Positions 56,952 to 64,000 of a stretch of DNA of 64,000 nucleotides are shown here, in pieces. Made by a program: the position numbers and the translations under genes. Origin of the DNA: Nemertoderma westbladi (Eukaryota; Animalia; Xenacoelomorpha). Position 1 is the first letter of the stretch; each line of letters begins with the position of its first letter. The DNA lies in assembly GCA_032718475.1 (NCBI GenBank), contig JAUCBJ010007494.1, positions 18,243 to 82,242 of the forward strand. The letters run 5' to 3'. Below the pieces are notes generated by a model. The model was not told the origin of the DNA. It saw only the letters and a list, made by a program, of their open reading frames with translations, and ran no database searches.

Positions 56952-58613
56952 TAGGGATGCAACACAGCTCCGGCTCCGGAGCTCCGGCCCATTATACTGG
57001 CTCCGGCTCCGGGCATATTAATTCGGAGTCAATCCGGAGATAAAGTTGTTGAAATTCGAATAAAATAATTTAAGGTTTTTTATTTATTTGTGTGAAATTA
57101 ATTTCGCACTACCAAATCGCCATGGCTACATATTTTCCATCGCAGTGCGACATTATTTCTCAGTAAGTCCCAACGCCATACATTTTAATATGTTATGTCC
57201 AGTAGTTCCACGTATTACATGGTAAAAAGTATAACTTTTTTCACATGTAATAAATAAGTTTCTTTGATTTATGAATAATGCGAATATCGTAGTTAGTTAA
57301 CTTAATCAAATGTGGTTTGAAACTGATTGGTTGCAGGTACAGCTTGTTTTTCTTAAGTTTACTGACACCACCTCCCTTGTGAAATTGATTAAATATTTGA
57401 ACAACAACATTAAAATTATATAATTAGTTTGTTGAATTTGTGTAAAATAATCGGTTTAACATACTACAACTCTTTTATTCACAACATACTATTTATAAAA
57501 TAATTCAAGAATTGCTCTTTGCTTTTATAACAGTATCCAGTAGTTTTCATTTATAATTTTTAGTATGTTATATTTCGATGGTGTTTTATCATAACCACTC
57601 AACACTCAAAAACCTAATTGTTCAGGGGAGCATTTTTCTACATTCTAATTCCCCTATGGTACCTAAGAGATAATTTTTGGTTTCATAAAGTAGATAATAA
57701 ATCTTTCATGCGGTAAAACACCACAATTAGTATTTTTAGTGACATTTAACCAATTTATCGATGTTTTTTTAGGATTTGAGTGGTTATGCAAAATTTTTTC
57801 ACTTTATTGTGATTTTTCATAACGACATATCTATTAATATGTTAGGCATACGAACAAAACAATCAGTGAAATCTGTCCGAGACAGTCTTTTCATGAACTG
57901 CTAACTATCTTTCCTCCTATCCATCACCTTCGGCTCCATAAAACCTGGACTCCATGGCCAATACAGTGCATTGTTTGAACAAACACAATTACCGGTATTC
58001 AATTAAATGTCAATTAAAAATGTCAAATATTTATTTAATCTGAAATCTGAAAAAACAGTCATGTAAAGAAGTACTTATAGTAGTTACAATTCGAATACTT
58101 TAACGATAATTCGAATACTAATACTTTAATAGAAGATTCGTAGAAGTCTGAATGTGCCAAAAAACACTAAAACTCTATTTTGACAAAAATGACATTTGAG
58201 TCGTTATGATAAAACACCATCGATTTATTTATGCAATAACAATATTTCGGGAAATCGACACAAATAACAGCTGATTACTCCTAAAAATAAAACTGTAATC
58301 AAACTGTTCTATTAAATTTAGTTTATTGTTTTGGTTATAGAATAACATGCCACAGTAAACGACTCATTTCCCTTAATTAATAATTTAACATTGAGGCGAA
58401 TTATTAATTCGCCGAGAAAGAATTTGCGTCAACCCCCCCCCCCCCCCCCCCCCCGTCTCATGAACTCATATCTGTGTGCTTCTACTATAAAATTAAATTG
58501 GAATTATCAATCCCCAAATCTCCGGCTCCGACTCCGGCCGGACCTCATATTGTAACCTGGATTAACCTCCAGGCTCCGGCTCCGGATTAAATTTTAGCTC
58601 TGTTGCATCCCTA
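56952..58613. mobile_element. Non-autonomous hAT-like DNA transposon
   Basis: TIRs TAGGGATGCAACA.AGCT and AGCT.TGTTGCATCCCTA; subterminal CTCCGG repeats at both ends; degenerate 8-bp flanks GTGTTAAT and GTGTTTAG. Confidence 0.75.
57575..58223. mobile_element. Nested MITE-like element
   Basis: About 28-bp inverted repeats TCGATGGTGTTTTATCATAAC.ACTCAA and TTGAGT.GTTATGATAAAACACCATCGA. Confidence 0.65.
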
Positions 58614-58857
58614 GTGTTTAGCAATGCTATCATTCACTCACTCACATAAATACCATACAGACAGGTAATGGCTGGTGTTAATGTTAACTATAAATAATTA
58701 ACATTAATGTTGATATACTATTGCAATGGCGTGAGAAAACAGCTCACCAACCCCCCCCCCCCCCATCTACATTATTATTCCTACCAAATAAATAAATAAC
58801 TGCTAAGAAATTTGTTTTAATTTAGTAAGAAACGCAGGTATCGTTTTTTTTAAATTG

Positions 58858-60750
58858 TCATCTTGTTGATTTCAATTTGTTTGAAGATCTGAATATCTTG
58901 TCCTTCTCTCCGGGTGATGAACCCCTGTCATTCTCTCCAGCTGATGAACCCTTGTCCTTTTCTCCAGCTGATGAACCCTTGTCCTTCTCTCCAGGTGATG
59001 AACCCTTGTCCTTCTCTCCGGGTGATGAACCCTTGTCCTTCTCTCCAGCTGATGAACCCTTGTCCTTCTCTCCAGCTGATGAACCCCTGTCCTTCTCTCC
59101 AGCTGATGAACCCTTGTCCCTCTCTCCAGCTGATGAACCCCTGTCCTTCTCTCCAGCTGATGAACCCTTGTCCTTTTCTCCAGCTGATGAACCCCTGTCC
59201 TTCTCTCCAGCTGATGAACCCTTGTCCCTCTCTCCAGCTGATGAACCCCTGTCCTTCTCTCCAGCTGATGAACCCTTGTCCTTCTCTCCAGCTGATGAAC
59301 CCCTGTCCTTCTCTCCAGCTGATGAACCCTTGTCCTTCTCTCCGGGTGATGAACCCCTGTCCTTCTCTTCAGCTGATGAAACCTTGTCCTTCTCTTCAGC
59401 TGATGAACCCTTGTCCTTCTCTTCAGCTGATAAAGCCTTGTCATTCTTTTCAGCTGATGAACCCTTGTCCTTCTCTCCAGCTGATGAACCCTTGTCCTTC
59501 TCTCCAGGTGATGAACCCTTGTCCTTCTCTCCAGCTGATGAACCCTTGTCCTTCTCTCCAGCTGATGAACCATTGTCCTTCTCTCCTGCTGATGAACCCT
59601 TGTCCTTCTCTCCGGGTGATGAACCCTTGTCCTTCTCTCCAGCTGATGAAACATTGTCCTTATCCCCAGTTGTTGAAGCCTTGTCCTTCCCCCCCTTACC
59701 CTCGTCCATCTCACTACTCCTGCCGCTTTCTAAATCGTCACTATTTATACTGTCCACCTCTTGCGTCTCCTCATCTATCCCTCTCACCCTACTCACATCC
59801 AGATTAACCACTTTGGTTGCCCTCAACCCCGCACGCTTGGGGGCGACTCCTCCCGTCTCTTTACAGACAACGGCTTCCCTCAGCAACCCGGCCAGATCCA
59901 TCTCGAACTCTGTGTCGTCGCGTCTCAGACACATATCCTGCTCCAACTTCAGCTTACCATCGGCTATCGACTTGATCCCTTCCTCTATGGTACCTTTACT
60001 AACTAATTTAATGACTTCGACTTCCTTATTTTGACCCACTCGATGGCATCGGTCCTCAGCCTGTTTATCGTTGTAAGGGTTGAAGTCTAAGTCGTGGAGG
60101 ATTACAGTATCTGCTGCGGTAAGGTTGATGCCAAGACCTCCAGCGCGCGTCGAGATCAGGAATATAAAGAGTTTATCATCTGTATTAAAGTCGTCGATCA
60201 TAGACTGTCTGTCAAGTACCGGAGTGGAGCCATCCAGTCTGAGGTACCGGTAACCGCGGTGCTGTAAGTACGGCTCAACTATGTCTAGGATGATGACGAA
60301 CTGACTGAATATCAACACGCGATGACCGCCAGCCAGCAGCTCGGGGAGTTTATCGTCCAAATAGGAAAACTTACCCGACTGGATAATTTGTTCGGTTTTA
60401 AGCCGCTGGCGGCGTAACGAGTTGTATTTGCTGCACACAGTGTGGATCTCGAAGTCGGACATCACGGATAAGTCCTCGATCCAGTGCTCCAGGACTCGGT
60501 CCTTAACGTCCTCTTTAATGATGACCTTGGCGATAGAGCTGATCTTTTTATCGGTGTAGAGAGAGCGATGCAGCAGCGGGTGATTGGCCGCCTTCCGTAG
60601 TTGCATCAAGGCTCCCGCTATGGACGTTGTACCGGCGCCGCCATCCTCACTACGTATCGATTTACCGAGACTCCGTTTCATCGTGGAATAGAGCAGCTGT
60701 TGGCGCTCAGTCATCGATACAAACTCGACTGTTTCCACTTTCGCCGGCAA
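58858..60750 (-). CDS. SMARCAD1: Terminal coding exon of a SMARCAD1/Fun30/Etl1-family SNF2 remodeler (helicase C domain plus repeat tail)
   Basis: Acceptor TTTATTTTAG before LPAK; LMQLRKAANHPLLHR, MSDFEIH, SGKF, RVLIFSQF, STRAGGLGINLTAADTVILHDLDFNPYNDKQAEDRCHRVGQ. Upstream exons not identified in the window. Confidence 0.9.
   Translation of the reverse strand: MPAKVETVEFVSMTERQQLLYSTMKRSLGKSIRSEDGGAGTTSIAGALMQLRKAANHPLLHRSLYTDKKISSIAKVIIKEDVKDRVLEHWIEDLSVMSDFEIHTVCSKYNSLRRQRLKTEQIIQSGKFSYLDDKLPELLAGGHRVLIFSQFVIILDIVEPYLQHRGYRYLRLDGSTPVLDRQSMIDDFNTDDKLFIFLISTRAGGLGINLTAADTVILHDLDFNPYNDKQAEDRCHRVGQNKEVEVIKLVSKGTIEEGIKSIADGKLKLEQDMCLRRDDTEFEMDLAGLLREAVVCKETGGVAPKRAGLRATKVVNLDVSRVRGIDEETQEVDSINSDDLESGRSSEMDEGKGGKDKASTTGDKDNVSSAGEKDKGSSPGEKDKGSSAGEKDNGSSAGEKDKGSSAGEKDKGSSPGEKDKGSSAGEKDKGSSAEKNDKALSAEEKDKGSSAEEKDKVSSAEEKDRGSSPGEKDKGSSAGEKDRGSSAGEKDKGSSAGEKDRGSSAGERDKGSSAGEKDRGSSAGEKDKGSSAGEKDRGSSAGERDKGSSAGEKDRGSSAGEKDKGSSAGEKDKGSSPGEKDKGSSPGEKDKGSSAGEKDKGSSAGENDRGSSPGEKDKIFRSSNKLKSTR
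58895..59665 (-). repeat. 27-bp coding minisatellite (GSSAGEKDK, about 28 copies)
   Basis: CTGATGAACCCTTGTCCTTCTCTCCAG units, in frame with the SMARCAD1 exon. Confidence 0.95.
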
Positions 60751-61530
60751 CTAAAATAAATAGAACACATTATATTCTATTCGATTAAAATATTGTGATA
60801 GTTGGTCACAGTTCCGGAGGTAACCCAAAGGCTCCTCTCTATCCGAGGCAACCCGAAGAAGGCTCCTACTACTGGAGGCAACCCGAAAGATCCTCTCCAG
60901 GTCCATTCCATGTTACGTGTGTTTCATCCTGATACGATTTTTGAAGTTCATCAAGCAAATTTTATTAGAAAACACTTCACAAACAATAACTTATAGTTTC
61001 TGTATAATTGTTTGGTTATTCCATGTTGTGTATGTGAAATATTATTTAACAAAAGTAAATATTAGATTCTCAGTAAGCATTTAAAGAAAGTGTTACGTGT
61101 GTTACACATGAAATGCACCCAAAATTGGACAAATAATGTAAGTTAAATTTCATGAAAATCAAGAGTATTAGTAATGCAGATCAGTGACTATCCGATATAA
61201 TTAGATATCTAAAATGATAAATAACATAGTTGCAGGTAATAAATCCAATTCTGACTAAAGTAGTAGACAAAAAATGCGAGTGACTCTCGTTACGTGTGTT
61301 ACGTTACATGTGTTACATTTAAGACCACTACTCCATTTGCCAATTAAATTATGTTCATTAATATTGTATACAAATATTAGTCTTGTCATTGTATAAGTAT
61401 TAATGCCTAATGTGAAGAAAAACATCCAAAATGTAATTCTGGATAATATAGTTGTGACCAACTTTGGGAATGAAATGTTACTTTTTGTTTGTAACACAAG
61501 TAACATAATATAACTAAAAGTTTCAATTTC

Positions 61531-61760
61531 TAAGCTTTCACTACATTTGGTAAGCCATGGTTTGGTTAAGCATACAAAGCAAGAATGTTATGTGCTCTAA
61601 AATGCCACAAAGAGTAAGTATGCGAATACACCATGTCCCAGAATATAGTGTCGTAATTCAGTATTCGCATAACTTACTCTTTGTGGCATTTTAGAGCACA
61701 TAACATTCTTGCTTTGTATGCTTAACCAAGCCATGGCTTACCAAATGTAGTGAAAGCTTA
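61531..61760. repeat. Long palindrome (about 99-bp arms, about 31-nt spacer)
   Basis: TAAGCTTTCACTACATTTGG...TATGCGAATAC paired with GTATTCGCATA...CCAAATGTAGTGAAAGCTTA. Confidence 0.95.
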
Positions 61761-61766
61761 CCTTTG

Positions 61767-63220
61767 ACTGGAGGCAACCAAAAGGCTTCTCTCTATAGGA
61801 GGCAACCCAAAGTTTTCTCTCTATAGGAGGCAACCCGAAGGCTCCTCTCTACAGGAGGCAACCCGAAGGCTACTCTCTACCGGAGGCAACCCAAAGGCAC
61901 CTCTCTTTAGGAGGCTCCTCTCTACCAGAGGCAACCCGAAGGTTCATCTCTACTGGAGGCAACCCGAAGGCTCCTCTCTAATGGAGGCAAACCGAAGGGT
62001 CCTCTCTACTGGAGGCAACCCGAAGGCTCATCTCTACTGGAGGCAACCCGAAGGCTACTCTCTAATGGAGGCAACCCGAAGGCTCCTCTCTACTGGAGGC
62101 AATCCGAAGGATCCTCTCTATCAGAGGTAACCCGAAGGCTCCTCTCTGCCGGAGGCAACATGAAGGCTCATCTATACTGGAGGCAACCCAAAGGCTCCTC
62201 TCTACTGGAGGCAACCCGAAGGCTCCTCTCGACCGGAGGCAACCCGAAGGCTCCTCTCTACCGGAGGCAACCCAAAGGCTCCTCTCTACTGGAGGCAACC
62301 CGAAGGCTACTCTCTAATGGAGGCAACCTGAAGGCTACTCTCTAATGGAGGCAAACCGAAGGGTCCTCTCAACTGGAGGCAACCCGAAGGCTCATCTCTA
62401 CTGGAGGCAACCCGAAGGCTACTCTCTAATGGAGGCAACCTGAATGCTCTTCTCTACCGGAAGCAATCCGAAGGCTCCTCTCTACCGGAGGCAACCCTAA
62501 GGCTCCTCTCTACTGGAGGCAACCAGAAGGCTCCTCTCTTACGGAGGCAACCCGAAGGCTCCTCTCTAACGGAGGCAACCCGAAGGCTCCTCTCTACCGG
62601 AGGCAACCCGAAGGCTCCTATCTACTGGAGGCAACCCGAAGGCTCCTCCCTACTGGAGGTAACCCGAAGGCTCCTCTCTACCGGAGGCAACATGAAGGCT
62701 CCTCTCTACCAGAGGCAACCCAAAGGCTCATCTATACCGGAGGCAACCCGAAGGCTCCTCTCTACCAGAGGCAACCCGAAGGCTCCTCTCTACTGGAGGC
62801 AACCCGAAGGCTCCTCTCTACTAGAGGCAACCCGAAGGCTCCTCTCTACTAGAGGCAACCCGAAGGCTCCTCTCTACTAGAGGCAACCCGAAGGCTCCTC
62901 TCTACTACAGGCATCCCGAAGGCTCCTCTCTACTAGAGGCAACCCGAAGGCTTCTCTCTACTAGAGGCAACCCGAAGGTTCCTCTCTACTAGAGGCAACC
63001 CGAAGGCTCCTCTCTACCAGAGGCAACCCGAAGGCTCCTCTCTACTAGAGGCAACCCGAAGGCTCCTCTCTACTAGAGGCAACCCGAAGGCTCCTCTGTA
63101 CTAGAGGCAACCCGAAGGCTCCTCTCTACTAGAGGCAACCCGAAGGCTCCTCTCTACCAGAGGCAACCCGAAGGCTCCTCTCTAACGGAGGCAACCCAAA
63201 GCTCCTCTTTACTAGAGGCC
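61767..63220. repeat. 28-bp minisatellite (GGAGGCAACCCGAAGGCTCCTCTCTACT), about 50 units; degenerate units also at 60815-60900
   Basis: Tandem units directly visible; probably intronic to SMARCAD1. Confidence 0.96.
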
Positions 63221-64000
63221 ATCAAAATGACTATAATCTTGGTAGTCAACTAGAAGAGAAGAGGGGCCTTAAAACAACAAATATCACTATTTCCTGATTG
63301 GATTTAAACGGGGTACCTAGCAACGCATCAGCTGGATTCAAAATACCATATTAATGAGCAGGAGGGGCCAGGGCCAGGGCCAGGGCCAGCTTTCCATTAG
63401 TACCAACAGACAGCTATAAGGTTGAAGAGTAACTGCGGTGGGATTGGTGTAATATCGCCGGAGACACCTTTTTCAAACGCTTGTAGCTAAAGATTGAAAG
63501 CAAAAATAAAAATTCTGACTCACCCACGAAGGAGGAGGGAGGTGGAACTAATCTCATTCTCATTCTCATTCGCAATCTCATTAAGATTTTGTAGAAAAAT
63601 TAGGGGGGAAAATTTGGGACGCCGAATTACCTACCATACTATATTCTGGGACATGGTGTATATTAATTGTATTGTGAATTGTAAATCTCTGCAACTCTCC
63701 ACTACAACTGCTTAATTGTTGTTGGTATACAAATGGAGTTTTTTTTGGACCGGACCGTCTCCCAGCATTAGATCTAAACAATTAAAATGAACTCCATACA
63801 TAGGTCACTCAAAATCTATGAAGTTGTTCAAAAGTTATTAAGCCTATATTTAGCGCCCCCTAGCGGCGGACCACTTGAATGCACATTGCCAAATTTCTGA
63901 AAACTTTCTAAACTTTTGACTTTCAACTTGTGTATTAATTTCATAAAATATTCGCTGAGTTACTGTATCAGAATTCAAAGATTAGACGGACCGACCGACC

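Noticed and set aside
58872-60034. Overlapping alternative-frame and antisense ORFs (280-385 aa)
   Set aside because: By-products of the stop-poor 27-bp repeat; only the frame continuous with SMARCAD1 is supported.
61767-63220. CRISPR array
   Set aside because: Head-to-tail repeats without spacers, no cas genes, eukaryotic context.
63780-64000. Helentron/DINE-like element (GCGCCCCCTAGCGG, GACC microsatellite)
   Set aside because: Truncated by the window edge; diagnostic ends not visible.

Overview
AT-rich eukaryotic (probably invertebrate metazoan) DNA dominated by three related BEL/Pao LTR retrotransposon copies. Copy C (38657-56268, 17.6 kb) is intact, with 1224-bp LTRs, a TTCTG target-site duplication (TSD), a 2722-aa Gag-PR-RT-RNaseH-IN ORF and an extra 1022-aa non-Env ORF2 carrying three CCHC knuckles and a basic tail. 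Copy B (6747-18495) is a recently inserted non-autonomous derivative that keeps an open Gag-protease ORF and is nested, with a CAATT TSD, in ORF2 of copy A. Copy A (about 2716-20312) is 5'-truncated and embedded in a 67-bp G-rich satellite. The family is unusual in several ways. There is no tRNA-type PBS: the 12 nt after the 5' LTR are instead complementary to a conserved 12-mer inside the LTR, a candidate Tf1-like self-primer. The R/U5 region shows covarying stems while U3 differs among copies. The pol-ORF2 spacer holds a PPT/TGT/AATAAA/iMet-PBS-like cassette, duplicated hairpins and a second copy of the PPT. Host features are a frameshifted fibrinogen-related gene, an intronless TEX36-like pseudogene, the terminal exon of SMARCAD1 with a 9-aa repeat tail, a CR1/L2 LINE fragment, a hAT-like non-autonomous element, two long palindromes and several minisatellites. 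All alignments and folds were done by eye.
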